This document shows positions 29,016 to 39,209 of a stretch of 64,000 nt of DNA, piece by piece (positions within the stretch are counted from its first letter, which is position 1; each line of letters begins with the position of its first letter). The translations under genes were made by a program, and so were the position numbers. Origin of the DNA: Spirochaetia bacterium (GTDB lineage Bacteria > Spirochaetota > Spirochaetia > UBA9216); contig OZ223265.1 of the NCBI GenBank assembly GCA_965140585.1, positions 96,001-160,000 on the forward strand, read 5' to 3'. The notes under the pieces were generated by a model. That model searched no databases, was not told where the DNA came from, and worked only from the letters and a program-made list of their open reading frames with translations.

Positions 29016-31084
29016 ATTTCCGGTTTATAATATCCTGATTTTTCTCTTCCGCTACGGTTGAAAAGAAAGGCCTCAACCTCAATGGGAATGTAATCATCCG
29101 GAGAGACATTAATAAACATCGACCTGAAACCAAGAGTATAACTTCCATCAGGTTTGCCGTTTATCATCTCGACAAGACCTCTCAGACCTTCAGGACGGTA
29201 AAGATAAATTATTTCCCCACCGGTTTGCTCACACAGATATTGATATCCGGCATCAGGTTCTGTCTTGTTATTCAATGTTATACAGTAAAAACTGATTCCG
29301 TTATTCAGCATATAATCAGCAAGCTCGATAGGATGAAACTGCTCAAATGTATAGTTCGAAGAACCTCCGTCAGTAATATAGACAATCGACCTGCGTCCCC
29401 GGCCGGGAATCAACTCAGAAACAGCATGCCTGAGCCCTAGATCGAATCTGGCATCAGAAGAATAAATCTCAGACTTAGCCACGGAATCAAGCAGATTCCT
29501 CACACCTTCACCCGGATTATTCTCTGTTGCCGGATTGCTTCCTGAAGATATAAGCCGCAGTGAAGCCTGGCCTTCAACCGTGTCATAGAGAGAGCTGACA
29601 GCTTTTACTGAATCATCTACATATGCGGACATTGACTCTCTGCAGTCAAGAAGTACGGCAATATTCGATCTGCTGACAGTGTTCCCGCTGAAAAGAAGAT
29701 TTACATCCGAAGCCTGATAGTTATTATCAGTTAATACAAAATTGTTGGGAAGAAGACCTACAAATGGGACACCCAGTCGATCCTGAACCCTAATATCTAC
29801 AGTTATTTCAGGAAAACGTGAAGAGTCAACCCTGTCAATCTGAACAAAAAGGCCTGAATAAAGGTTTGCCATTTCAGTTAGGACAGTCACAGCATTGCGA
29901 TCAAAGTCAGCGGTAAGAAGATTATTATTTGAATCAACTACAGCCTTCATAACCTTATCACCTTCACCTTCCAGTTCTGAGACCATTGTGACCATACCGG
30001 TTTCGGTGTTCAGATTCATTATTCTGGTTGAATCGGCAACAAAGAGATTATCCGGTGATTTAATCGACAAGCCTTCAGGCTTGTTAAATTTACCCTGAGC
30101 AAGTACTGAAATATAGTTTCCGCTTTGGTCGAATACTGTTACCGAACCGTTTCTGGCATCAGCCACATATACAAAACCGCTGCTGCAGGCAATGCCGGTA
30201 GGATAGCCGAGACCTTTAAAATTATAGGTTTTTGTACCAAAATCAAGTATGTAATTCCCATCGGAATCGAATTTAACAACACGGCGGTTTCCGGAATCGG
30301 TAACATAAAGATAGCCCTTTTCATCGAAAGCCATAAACTGAGGACCAAGAAGCTGCCCTTCACCACGGCCTGTTTCACCGAAACGGATTAATTCCCTGCC
30401 GGAAACCGTACAGCGGGTAATTCGATCCCCATTGAACTCACTGACATACACAAGACCGTTATCGCCAATCAAAACGTCAAATGGATGGTTAAAACCTTCA
30501 AGACCTCCGTTTAGACGTCCGGTAACTGCAGCGTTAGAATTAAATCTGAGAATTTCATTTGTTCCATATGATGAAAGAAAAAAGCCGCCGTTTTTATCGG
30601 GATAGATCGAGGAGGGTCTTTTAAAAAGGCTGTAATCCGGAAGATCACCGCTAAGGTTCAGAGCGTTAAGATATCGTCCGGAGGGGGCAAACGAGCCTTC
30701 TATACCGGTTTTCTGCTCAAGAATATCAAGACGGTTCAAAAGAATGGAATCAGCTTTCCCAGCCGATGAAAGAGTGCTCCATATATTTAAAGCTTCATCA
30801 GTAAATCCGGATCTGTACCAGGACAGACCCAGCCACTGCTGATAATCCGCATTCTCAGGTTTATATGTCAGCGCCCTTTCAAAAGCACGCGCAGCTTCGG
30901 CAAAAATCCCTCTGTGGTAGGCCTTTACCCCCCACTTGAATTCTTCCGAAGCGCTGAGCTGATCAAGATCAATTTTATCCTGTGAGTAAATATTCTGACC
31001 GATTAAAAAAATAGAAAAAATCAGAAGAAATAGAAATCTGCAGCTGCTTGATAATCCGGTTTTTTTCACAGGAAAAGTATACAC
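29012..31084 (-). CDS. Exported TPR + NHL-repeat + vWA-like protein (BB0236/FlcD-like collar-protein candidate)
   Basis: Signal peptide, TPR pair, NHL repeats (LYVTDSGNRRVVKFD, VYVADARN), C-terminal vWA-like fold. Confidence 0.8.
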   Translation of the reverse strand: MYTFPVKKTGLSSSCRFLFLLIFSIFLIGQNIYSQDKIDLDQLSASEEFKWGVKAYHRGIFAEAARAFERALTYKPENADYQQWLGLSWYRSGFTDEALNIWSTLSSAGKADSILLNRLDILEQKTGIEGSFAPSGRYLNALNLSGDLPDYSLFKRPSSIYPDKNGGFFLSSYGTNEILRFNSNAAVTGRLNGGLEGFNHPFDVLIGDNGLVYVSEFNGDRITRCTVSGRELIRFGETGRGEGQLLGPQFMAFDEKGYLYVTDSGNRRVVKFDSDGNYILDFGTKTYNFKGLGYPTGIACSSGFVYVADARNGSVTVFDQSGNYISVLAQGKFNKPEGLSIKSPDNLFVADSTRIMNLNTETGMVTMVSELEGEGDKVMKAVVDSNNNLLTADFDRNAVTVLTEMANLYSGLFVQIDRVDSSRFPEITVDIRVQDRLGVPFVGLLPNNFVLTDNNYQASDVNLLFSGNTVSRSNIAVLLDCRESMSAYVDDSVKAVSSLYDTVEGQASLRLISSGSNPATENNPGEGVRNLLDSVAKSEIYSSDARFDLGLRHAVSELIPGRGRRSIVYITDGGSSNYTFEQFHPIELADYMLNNGISFYCITLNNKTEPDAGYQYLCEQTGGEIIYLYRPEGLRGLVEMINGKPDGSYTLGFRSMFINVSPDDYIPIEVEAFLFNRSGREKSGYYKPEI

Positions 31085-31087
31085 CTG

Positions 31088-31258
31088 TTATGCAAATATA
31101 TCTACCTTCCTCTCCTGACGGTTTACAGGCAGATCACTTCTGATCCCCAGAAATAGAATGGTTTTAATATCATCGGCTGCTACAACTTCTTTACTGTTTC
31201 TTAAAGTCTCAGGAGGTCTGACATATGTACTTATAGAACTTTCTACACGCATTATCAT
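31088..31258 (-). CDS. Small protein (56 aa) absent from the ORF track
   Basis: MIMRVESSISTYVRPPETLRNSKEVVAADDIKTILFLGIRSDLPVNRQERKVDIFA*; GGAG upstream; stop lies 3 nt from the next start. Confidence 0.65.
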   Translation of the reverse strand: MIMRVESSISTYVRPPETLRNSKEVVAADDIKTILFLGIRSDLPVNRQERKVDIFA

Positions 31259-31308
31259 GTCTCCACACTTAAATTTTCGACAATTTAATGCATGTGATAA
31301 GTAAAATT

Positions 31309-32004
31309 TTACCTCGCTCTGAGCTTTTTTTTCCGTTCTATATCATCAAGAACTGTACGCAAATGAGCCGAAATTGTTTTATTGCTGCCGGCCAGTTCAA
31401 AAGCCCGCTTTAGATAATGTCTGGCCTCGTCATTCTTTCCCGCTCTGTAAAAAGCCCAGCCCAGTGAATCGAGATACGCAGGATTATCAGGGTTGAGCTT
31501 TACAGCCTTTTTACAGTATTCAACAGCTTGATCGATATTCATTTTTTTGTCAGCAAGAATATAGCCCAGTGAATTAATAGCATTGGCGTTTGTGCTGTCG
31601 AGCTTTATTGCCTTATTCAGGCAGTCTATAGCTTTTTCATGCTTACCGGCTTCAAAATAAATAAAGCTGTAGTTTGCATAAACCTGGGGAGACTCGAAAC
31701 CTTCATCAAGAAGTTTCTTTAACTCAAATTCAGCCAGTTTTATACGTCCGGTGACAGTATAAATATAGCTTAATATCATCCTGCTTTGATATATCCTGAG
31801 AATATTGTCATGATTATTTACTACAGACTCAAGGTACAACAGGGCTTCATCCCAGTCTTCAATCTTTGCATAGCATAAGCCTAGGTAGTAGGATAAATCC
31901 GGAATATCAAGCGGAGTTTCGCTTACTTTTAAAAACGATGAGACAGCCTGACGGTACTTCTGATTTTTATATAACTGCTTGCCTTCCTGAAAATGATCCG
32001 CCAT
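31309..32004 (-). CDS. Tetratricopeptide repeat protein
   Basis: YYLGLCY, NSLGYILA, PDNPAYLDSLGWAFY. Confidence 0.9.
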   Translation of the reverse strand: MADHFQEGKQLYKNQKYRQAVSSFLKVSETPLDIPDLSYYLGLCYAKIEDWDEALLYLESVVNNHDNILRIYQSRMILSYIYTVTGRIKLAEFELKKLLDEGFESPQVYANYSFIYFEAGKHEKAIDCLNKAIKLDSTNANAINSLGYILADKKMNIDQAVEYCKKAVKLNPDNPAYLDSLGWAFYRAGKNDEARHYLKRAFELAGSNKTISAHLRTVLDDIERKKKLRAR

Positions 32005-32007
32005 AAA

Positions 32008-32742
32008 CTATTTAAAATCCGCCTTTAGATAAGCTTCCTCTTCTGAGCGGTTCTGGGGATGCAGAAAAACCGGAGATATTGAGATATAGCCATTTGCAAC
32101 GGCATCGGCATCTGTTCCGGGTTCTGTGGTCTTATCAAGATCTCCTTTAAGAAAAAAATATGAACCGCCTCTGGGCGCGTCAAATCGCATCAGACTGTCA
32201 CGGTAATTTCTTCTGGAAGGGCTGGTAACCTTTACTCCGCTGTAGGGCGTACTCTGGTTTGGACCGTTAATATTAATAAAATGATCGGGATGCCATAGCT
32301 TTGTTATCAGTTCCAGGTTTCCAGCAACAAAATCAGCCAGGCCCTTGAAATAAAACGGCTCAAAAAAAGTATCAACAGAAACGGCTATACCGGGTATTCC
32401 CATTAATGCAGCCTGTCTGGCAGCGGCAGCAGTACCTGAAAAAATCAGATCGGTCCCCAGATTTGCGCCTAAATTTATACCAGAGACCACTATATCCGGC
32501 TTGACAGGTATGGCTCCAAGTGATGAGTACATCACACAGTCTGCCGGACTTCCGTCACAGGCAAATTCTCTTTCCCCATGCGGTTCAAAGCAAACCGGTT
32601 TTCTGAATGTTATGGAATGAGACTGGCCGCTCTGTTCTTTATCAGGAGCAACGACCCAGACTTCATGCTCTGCAAAGGCATCTTTCAGGGCTTTCAGCCC
32701 CGGACTTTTAATACCATCGTCATTTGTAATAAGTATACGCAT
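32008..32742 (-). CDS. surE: 5'/3'-nucleotidase SurE
   Basis: ILITNDDG, VVAP, SGQSHS, GSPADCV, SGINLGANLG, SGT. Confidence 0.96.
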   Translation of the reverse strand: MRILITNDDGIKSPGLKALKDAFAEHEVWVVAPDKEQSGQSHSITFRKPVCFEPHGEREFACDGSPADCVMYSSLGAIPVKPDIVVSGINLGANLGTDLIFSGTAAAARQAALMGIPGIAVSVDTFFEPFYFKGLADFVAGNLELITKLWHPDHFININGPNQSTPYSGVKVTSPSRRNYRDSLMRFDAPRGGSYFFLKGDLDKTTEPGTDADAVANGYISISPVFLHPQNRSEEEAYLKADFK

Positions 32743-32749
32743 TATTTCC

Positions 32750-33910
32750 TCAATCGCCGGGAAATAGAATCTTTACGCCTCCGGAAGGTTCGCATACAAA
32801 GATCTCCGGCGTGAATCCGAATATATGCTCATATTCTTGCAGTCTTTCAATGTAATTGTCAAGGAGTCTTGTTTCAAGAAGTGTAACAGTACAGCCGCCG
32901 AATCCGCCCCCGGTCATTCTGGAACCAAGGACCCCTTCCATTTCCTGGGAGCGTTTTACCAGCCAGTCAATTTCAGGGCAGGAAACTTCATAATTATCTC
33001 TCAGGCTCTCGTGTGATCGGTTCATCATACGCCCGAAAATATCATAACTTCCTGAGATTATTGTATCTTTAGCTTCAATGGCACGCTGGGTTTCTCCGAT
33101 CACATGCGTGCATATCCGCCTGATACCTTCAGGCAGAAGCCCAAGACCGCCGGTAATATCCTCCATCGAGTAGTCGCGAAGGCTTTTACCGGGCTTTTTT
33201 CTGTTCAGGTAATCAACACATTCAACACATTGCTGTTTTCTTTCCTGAAGCTCCGCTTCACGGACTGAATCGGTACCCGGAACATTTGAATTAATTATTA
33301 CAAAACTCAAATCAGGCATTTTCAGAGGCAGATATTCAAAATCAAGGGTACGCAGGTCAAGATAAACAGCCTTACCGCTCTTTGATATCGTAGAAATAAA
33401 CTGATCTGTCAGCTCAGTATTCCGTCCGATAAAGGTTGATTCGGAATAGGAAGCGGCCTGTATAAGCTGGCTGTCGGACAATTCCAGTTTAAACAGCTTG
33501 CTTACAGCAGCAGCAAATGCAACTTCCATCGCAGCCGATGCTCCCAGACCGATACCGGGTATAATATCTCCTGAGATCGTTACATCGAGGCCTTTAACAG
33601 GGTAACCCATATTCACAAGCTCAAAAAGCACACCCTTCGGGTAATTCGCCCAGCGGTCTTCTCTTTTATATTTAAGGTTGGGAATAGTTGTACGTTTTCT
33701 TTCTTCTGTATCGGAAAGATAAAACCTCAGAGAGTTGTCTTTACGGGGAGAAACCGCGACAATAGTGCTGCGGTTGATGGCAATTTGAATAACACAGCCC
33801 TCATTGTAATCTGTGTGCTCACCCATCAAATTCAGTATGCCGGGAGCCGAAGCTATAACAGCAGGCTTTGAGTTGTATTCTTTAGTATGGGCGGCAATTA
33901 TTCTGTCCAT
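32750..33910 (-). CDS. galK: Galactokinase
   Basis: NLMGEHTDYN, PGIGLGASAA, SHESLRDNYEVSCPE, RMTGGGFGGC. Confidence 0.9.
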   Translation of the reverse strand: MDRIIAAHTKEYNSKPAVIASAPGILNLMGEHTDYNEGCVIQIAINRSTIVAVSPRKDNSLRFYLSDTEERKRTTIPNLKYKREDRWANYPKGVLFELVNMGYPVKGLDVTISGDIIPGIGLGASAAMEVAFAAAVSKLFKLELSDSQLIQAASYSESTFIGRNTELTDQFISTISKSGKAVYLDLRTLDFEYLPLKMPDLSFVIINSNVPGTDSVREAELQERKQQCVECVDYLNRKKPGKSLRDYSMEDITGGLGLLPEGIRRICTHVIGETQRAIEAKDTIISGSYDIFGRMMNRSHESLRDNYEVSCPEIDWLVKRSQEMEGVLGSRMTGGGFGGCTVTLLETRLLDNYIERLQEYEHIFGFTPEIFVCEPSGGVKILFPGD

Positions 33911-33918
33911 CCAGCTTT

Positions 33919-33947
33919 ATATTAAAAGAAATAGCAAATATTTGCAA
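33919..33947 (-). promoter_or_regulatory. Sigma70 promoter of galK
   Basis: Minus strand TTGCAA-N17-TAATAT, ending 8 nt before the ATG. Confidence 0.55.
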
Positions 33948-34023
33948 ATAAATTAATTAAAAAAGCCTGATTAGAAATGTTTAACACAGATGAGAATAAT
34001 TAAGAATTATTTTGATTATCAGC

Positions 34024-34056
34024 AAAAAAAGGGCTGACTTTTTATCAGTCAGCCCT
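34024..34056 (-). terminator. Intrinsic terminator after rpmE
   Basis: AGGGCTGACT-N7-AGTCAGCCCT with an A-run on its left. Confidence 0.85.
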
Positions 34057-34076
34057 GAAATTCATAATAAAATGAC

Positions 34077-34286
34077 TTATTTTTCAGTCTTAATACCGTA
34101 TTTTCTGTTGAATCTTTCAACACGGCCGGCGGTATCAACAAGCTTCTGCTTTCCAGTAAAGAAAGGATGGCACTGAGAACAAATTTCCACTTCAATATCT
34201 TTAACTGTGGCTCTTGTGTTGATCACATTACCGCATGCACATTTAATCTCTGTCATTTCATAGTTAGGATGAATGTCTTTTTTCAT
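34077..34286 (-). CDS. rpmE: 50S ribosomal protein L31, Zn-binding type
   Basis: [29 protein letters not shown]; GGAGG RBS supports the start at 34286. Confidence 0.97.
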   Translation of the reverse strand: MKKDIHPNYEMTEIKCACGNVINTRATVKDIEVEICSQCHPFFTGKQKLVDTAGRVERFNRKYGIKTEK

Positions 34287-34312
34287 TTCACGGACCTCCA
34301 TATTGCCTTCGT

Positions 34313-36025
34313 CTATATATCTGAACTTACACCTGTAGTGTTCATTGATCTAAGGAAAGCCTCATTATTCTTGGTTTTTCGCATTTTGTCAATTAACAGC
34401 TCGGTAATTTCGATATCATCCATCGGATTTATTACCTTCCTGAGTACCCAGAGTTTACTCAGTTCCTCTTCCAGAAGTAGAAGATCTTCCTTTCTCGTTC
34501 CCGACTTCTTGATATTGATAGCAGGATAAAGACGTCTGTCCGACATCCTTCGGTCTAGGTTAATCTCCATATTACCGGTACCCTTGAATTCCTCAAAGAT
34601 AACTTCATCCATCCTGCTTCCTGTATCAATAAGTGCAGTTGCAACAATGGTAAGGCTTCCGCCTTGCTCCACGTTTCTTGCAGCACCAAAGAATCTTTTC
34701 GGTTTGTGGAGTGCATTTGAGTCAACACCGCCCGATAGAATCTTTCCTGATGTAGGAACAGTCTGGTTATATGCTCTTGCAAGCCTTGTAATAGAGTCAA
34801 GAAGGATAACTACATCCTTTTTATGCTCTACAAGCCTTTTGGCCTTTTCAAGGACCATCTCGGCTACCTGAACATGTCTTGTAGCCTGTTCATCGAAGGT
34901 TGAGGCAATAACCTCGCCTTTAACATTACGTCTCATATCTGTAACTTCCTCAGGCCTCTCATCGATGAGCAGGACCATCAGAAATACTTCAGGATGATTG
35001 GTAGTAATAGCATTAGCTATCTGCTGAAGCAGAACGGTTTTACCGGTTCTTGGCGGAGAAACTATAAGACCGCGCTGTCCTTTACCGATCGGACAGAACA
35101 GGTTTATCATTCTGGTAGCCATACCTTCAGTTTTTGTCTCCATATTGAGCCTGACTTCAGGATAGAGAGGAGTTAAATTATCGAAGGGTATTCTTGTTTG
35201 AGCCTCAACAGGATCGTTAAAGTTAACCTTTTCAACCCTGAGCATCGCAAAGAAACGCTCGCCTTCCTTCGGAGGCCTTATCTGTCCGCCGACCGTATCA
35301 CCTGTTCTAAGATTAAATAGACGTATCTGAGACGGTGATATATATATATCATCTGAACCTGGAAGATAAGAGTTCTGAGGAGACCTCAGGAATCCATACC
35401 CGTCAGGAAGTATTTCAAGTGAACCGTAGGCATGAATCTGACCGCCGCCGACTGTGTGAGCCTTGAGCACAGAGAAAATAATTTCCTGCTTTTTCATGGA
35501 CATCAGCTCTTCGCTGGTAATCTGATAGGATATTGCCAGATCCCTCAGTTCCCTCATATTCATGTTTGTAAGGTCATTTATACTCAGCTTCTCACCATCG
35601 CCGAGCGGTTCATCATTACTATTCTTGGTTCTTACATAACTTTTTCTGTTTTTGCGATCTACCGGTCGTCTTGAACCAATATTCTCTGGAGCCTCTCTCT
35701 TTACAGACTCCTTTTTTTCTGTATCTGTATCTGTATCACAGTCAGCAGAATCATCAGCCTTAACTATCTCGACCCTCACCTTTTTCTTCTTGACAGCTCT
35801 TTTTTTAGGAGCATCAGACTCCTGGATGGGTGATTCTGTAGACCCAGTTTCTGCCTCAGCTTCAGTATTTTCCCCTTTTTTAGCTGTTTCGGTCACAGCT
35901 TCAGTGCCTGATGCAGTCTCTGCTCCTGACTCAACAAGATTGAGCTCCTGTTGGTTTTCTTCTGAAGCACCGGCTTCTGTATCAATAACTTCGACAGCAG
36001 CCTGCTTCTTTCGAATTATCGCCAT
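34313..36025 (-). CDS. rho: Transcription termination factor Rho with an N-terminal extension
   Basis: [60 protein letters not shown]. Confidence 0.98.
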   Translation of the reverse strand: MAIIRKKQAAVEVIDTEAGASEENQQELNLVESGAETASGTEAVTETAKKGENTEAEAETGSTESPIQESDAPKKRAVKKKKVRVEIVKADDSADCDTDTDTEKKESVKREAPENIGSRRPVDRKNRKSYVRTKNSNDEPLGDGEKLSINDLTNMNMRELRDLAISYQITSEELMSMKKQEIIFSVLKAHTVGGGQIHAYGSLEILPDGYGFLRSPQNSYLPGSDDIYISPSQIRLFNLRTGDTVGGQIRPPKEGERFFAMLRVEKVNFNDPVEAQTRIPFDNLTPLYPEVRLNMETKTEGMATRMINLFCPIGKGQRGLIVSPPRTGKTVLLQQIANAITTNHPEVFLMVLLIDERPEEVTDMRRNVKGEVIASTFDEQATRHVQVAEMVLEKAKRLVEHKKDVVILLDSITRLARAYNQTVPTSGKILSGGVDSNALHKPKRFFGAARNVEQGGSLTIVATALIDTGSRMDEVIFEEFKGTGNMEINLDRRMSDRRLYPAINIKKSGTRKEDLLLLEEELSKLWVLRKVINPMDDIEITELLIDKMRKTKNNEAFLRSMNTTGVSSDI

Positions 36026-36170
36026 AAAATCTCCAGTAAGATTATTTTCTATACGAATTGTTCTATAGTATTATTTTAAAAACCATGCGGGTAATCGAAA
36101 AAAGAATTTTACGATGCCTACAATATAGTTATTCAACAAAGGGCTGTCAAGTATTAAAATACCAAAGGTT

Positions 36171-36584
36171 TCAGACGTTCTGTACGATTTCTTTGAGTTT
36201 TTCAACCCTGGCTGAAAAGACATCAACAGATTCAGGGTTCCTGATCATGCTGCATTTCCCCTCAAACTTTACTCCGTCGGAGATTTTCAGCCGTGAAGTT
36301 TTAAGATTGCCTTTAACCTTGCCTTCAGCTAGTATTTCAATTCTTTCCTCAGCAGTAATATCGCCATTGACAGTCCCGCTGATAATTACCGTTTTAGCCT
36401 TGATGTCAGCGGTAACCGTTGCATCAGTGTCTATATACAGGATGCTTTCGGATTCAATCTCACCATTAAATTTTCCATTTATCTTTAAAGGTTTGCTGAA
36501 TCTGAGTATTCCGTTAAAATCAGTTCCGTTCTTTAATACTGTATTTACTTTATCAAATCTGTAAAATTCTGCTTTTCTGTTCAT
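36171..36584 (-). CDS. Bactofilin (polymer-forming cytoskeletal protein)
   Basis: TVLKNGTDFNG, INGKFNG, ISGTVNGDI, GVKFEGKC. Start moved to MNRKAE at 36584. Confidence 0.88.
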   Translation of the reverse strand: MNRKAEFYRFDKVNTVLKNGTDFNGILRFSKPLKINGKFNGEIESESILYIDTDATVTADIKAKTVIISGTVNGDITAEERIEILAEGKVKGNLKTSRLKISDGVKFEGKCSMIRNPESVDVFSARVEKLKEIVQNV

Positions 36585-36601
36585 ATCTTCCGGCTGTTTA
36601 G

Positions 36602-36823
36602 TTATTTTGTAGTCATCACAAATACCCCATCCCAGTCCTCGGGCGGAGGAGATGTGATATAGTGTTTGCATCTGGCAAGATAAACTTTAGAGGGACCATC
36701 CTCTTTATCAATCTGTAGTGCTTTTAAAAAATAGTCCTTTGCTTTTTCAAAGTCCATAAGTTTATAACATTTTCTTCCTTCAGAAAAAAGTAATAATACC
36801 TGTTTTTTTTCTTCTGTAATCAA
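36602..36823 (-). CDS. Small TPR-like protein
   Basis: FEKAKDYFLKAL, DGPSKVYLARC, PPPEDWDGVF. Confidence 0.75.
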   Translation of the reverse strand: MITEEKKQVLLLFSEGRKCYKLMDFEKAKDYFLKALQIDKEDGPSKVYLARCKHYITSPPPEDWDGVFVMTTK

Positions 36824-37557
36824 ACCGGGTCCTCTTTATTAAAATCCTCTTCGCCCAGAGCGCGAAAATGCCTGCTGAATTTCTCTTCAAGATCCTTCAT
36901 CGACTGACCACTGAAAAAGCTGTCGGAATTTTCTTCAAATTCATTTATTTCATCTTCAAGAGCATCAACAGCAGCAATCACTTCCCTGCTCTCACTCTTA
37001 ATTTTCTCTATAATATTTTTTACTGCATTACCGTCGTTCAGATCAAGCTCGGTACATTCAGTTGCAAGCTCCTGCATGGGCTTTTTCAGATGAACCGTGA
37101 AATACTTCAGTGATTCATTAAGAGACTCAAGGACTGAAAGCCTTTTCTCCCGGGCAATAACCTGCCTGGACAGCTCCCTGGTCTTCAATACTGCACGAAT
37201 CCTGGCCAAAACTTCTGAGAAGTTAAAAGGTTCTGTAATATAGTCTTCTACACCAAGCTCAAACCCCTCAACCTTATCTTTAACACTATCCATTGCCGAC
37301 AGCATTATGATAGGAATATCACGATATTCAGCATATTCATCGCTGGTTTTCAGAAGGCTGGTCACCTTCCACCCTGAAAGACCGGGCATAATATTATCAA
37401 GGATAACAAGATCGGGCTCAAAAGTTTTAACTTTCTCAAGAGTCTCATACCCGTCAGAAGCCTTCGCAACATCAAAACCAAGGCGGCTTAACGTTACATC
37501 AAAAAACTCTAAATTTACGGGTTCATCATCTGCAATAAGTATTCTAGTTTTTTCCAT
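36820..37557 (-). CDS. Response regulator (receiver domain plus helical C-terminus)
   Basis: ILIADDE, DLVILDNIMPGLSG, PIIMLSA, DYITEPF. Confidence 0.9.
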   Translation of the reverse strand: MEKTRILIADDEPVNLEFFDVTLSRLGFDVAKASDGYETLEKVKTFEPDLVILDNIMPGLSGWKVTSLLKTSDEYAEYRDIPIIMLSAMDSVKDKVEGFELGVEDYITEPFNFSEVLARIRAVLKTRELSRQVIAREKRLSVLESLNESLKYFTVHLKKPMQELATECTELDLNDGNAVKNIIEKIKSESREVIAAVDALEDEINEFEENSDSFFSGQSMKDLEEKFSRHFRALGEEDFNKEDPV

Positions 37558-37577
37558 CTAAATTAATAATGATACAC

Positions 37578-39209
37578 TTATTGATGATTGTCAAATCTAT
37601 TTTGCAGAGCATACCGTCTAATTCGGAATACCGTACCTGCAAGAAGTGCAGTTATAGTTAGAATCACAGTCAGAACTGCAAACCAATCGCCCCAGGCCAG
37701 ATAGAGGGTGTTAAGCTCATCAAAAACAGGGACCGAGGCTATCATATAATTCTCCTCGAAAGGTCTGATGATATTGGTTATTTCCCCGTCCGGTTCAATT
37801 GTACATGTAATCCCGGCATTGGTTCCACGCACGACAGTTCTACGGGTCTCAACAGCCCTGAAAACGGCCATAGCCATATGCTGCATTTCTGCAGGAATAG
37901 AACCCGACCACGAATCATTAGTCAGATTGACTATCATCTGAGCACCGTTATTAACAAACTCTCTTGAAAGGTATCCGAAGACATCCTCAAAACAGATAGG
38001 TGTACTGAATTTAACTCCGGCAGCATCGAAAACAGTATATTCCGTTCCTTTCTTCCAGAAATGAAAATCATGGTCCCTCAAGGCCTGATAAAATCTGGGC
38101 ATCTGTTTCTGATATGGAAAATTCTCAGTAAAGGGCACTAAATGAGTTTTTCTGTATGTAGCCTGAAGATCTCCGTCATAAAGAAGAACTGCGTTATAAT
38201 CAACCCTCTTCAAATCACCATTTTCATCGGGTTCCAACTGCCCGTCATCGTTGCCTATGACGTAAGGAATATCCTGTGTAGCAAAAAATTCCTTGAGCTC
38301 TTTTACAAGTCTGTACTTTTCAGGTTCTGTTCGATATCGGCTATGGTAATCAATCCCCGGAACAAAAGCAGTTTCAGACCAGACCATCATCTCAATTGAA
38401 GGATCTTCCGCAAGAGCCTTCTTACTGAGTTCTATCATCTTGTTCATATTGTTTTCGTAGGTTTTAACACCGCCCTTCCAGGTGTCTGCATTATGCTGCA
38501 CAAAACCAAGTTTTATCTGACGGGAGTCTGAAAAATCTTTCGGAGTAAAAAGCCCGAAAATCAGGACAGCAATAAAAAGTGCTGCGTATGCATAGATAAA
38601 AACTCGCTGTTTTTTAACATTACTTACAAATTCACCGAAACCGTCTCTCAAAGCATTTCCCAGAAATACTGAAGGCAGAACAACCATAAGGGAAACAAAC
38701 CAAAAACCGGTTATTGATGAAATCTGTATAAACGGTCTGAATAGATACTGTGAATATCCGAGATTTCCATAGGGATATCCGAGAAATCCAAGTGTTCTGA
38801 AATATTCATATGCAAGCCAGACGCCGGCCTGAACAATAAAACCCCATTTTGGAAATAATGTACCTGCAAGCTTAAGAACCGGAAACAGAACGAGAAAATA
38901 TGCGGCATATATGACCGGAACTATGACTATTGCAAGCGGATGGAAGGTGGACAGCCAGTAATTGAACAGGACATAGCAGATATACCCGTAAAATATTCCG
39001 TAAAAAACGGTGCGCATCCACCCTGCATTATGAATAACTATAAATATGGGGGTTAAACAAATAAAAGCAACAGGGAAAAACCCCCATTCATTAAGAAGGT
39101 TGGGAAACGATAATGCGAAAAGAACCGCAGAAAATACTAAAAGCCCGATCTCCTTCAGAAGAACCGGTATCGAGAGCTTTTTTTCTGCCGTCAATGTCAA
39201 ATCATTCAT
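37578..39209 (-). CDS. lnt: Apolipoprotein N-acyltransferase
   Basis: Multiple TMs, WSETA, YRKTHLVPFTE, ICFED, NLTNDSW, RAVE. Confidence 0.95.
   Translation of the reverse strand: MNDLTLTAEKKLSIPVLLKEIGLLVFSAVLFALSFPNLLNEWGFFPVAFICLTPIFIVIHNAGWMRTVFYGIFYGYICYVLFNYWLSTFHPLAIVIVPVIYAAYFLVLFPVLKLAGTLFPKWGFIVQAGVWLAYEYFRTLGFLGYPYGNLGYSQYLFRPFIQISSITGFWFVSLMVVLPSVFLGNALRDGFGEFVSNVKKQRVFIYAYAALFIAVLIFGLFTPKDFSDSRQIKLGFVQHNADTWKGGVKTYENNMNKMIELSKKALAEDPSIEMMVWSETAFVPGIDYHSRYRTEPEKYRLVKELKEFFATQDIPYVIGNDDGQLEPDENGDLKRVDYNAVLLYDGDLQATYRKTHLVPFTENFPYQKQMPRFYQALRDHDFHFWKKGTEYTVFDAAGVKFSTPICFEDVFGYLSREFVNNGAQMIVNLTNDSWSGSIPAEMQHMAMAVFRAVETRRTVVRGTNAGITCTIEPDGEITNIIRPFEENYMIASVPVFDELNTLYLAWGDWFAVLTVILTITALLAGTVFRIRRYALQNRFDNHQ

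Noticed and set aside
35719-35740. TGTATC x3 tandem repeat as a contingency locus
   Set aside because: An in-frame hexamer encoding DTDTDT in the Rho extension; it cannot shift the frame.
36058-36564. 168-aa plus-strand ORF
   Set aside because: Antisense to the bactofilin gene, with no recognisable features.
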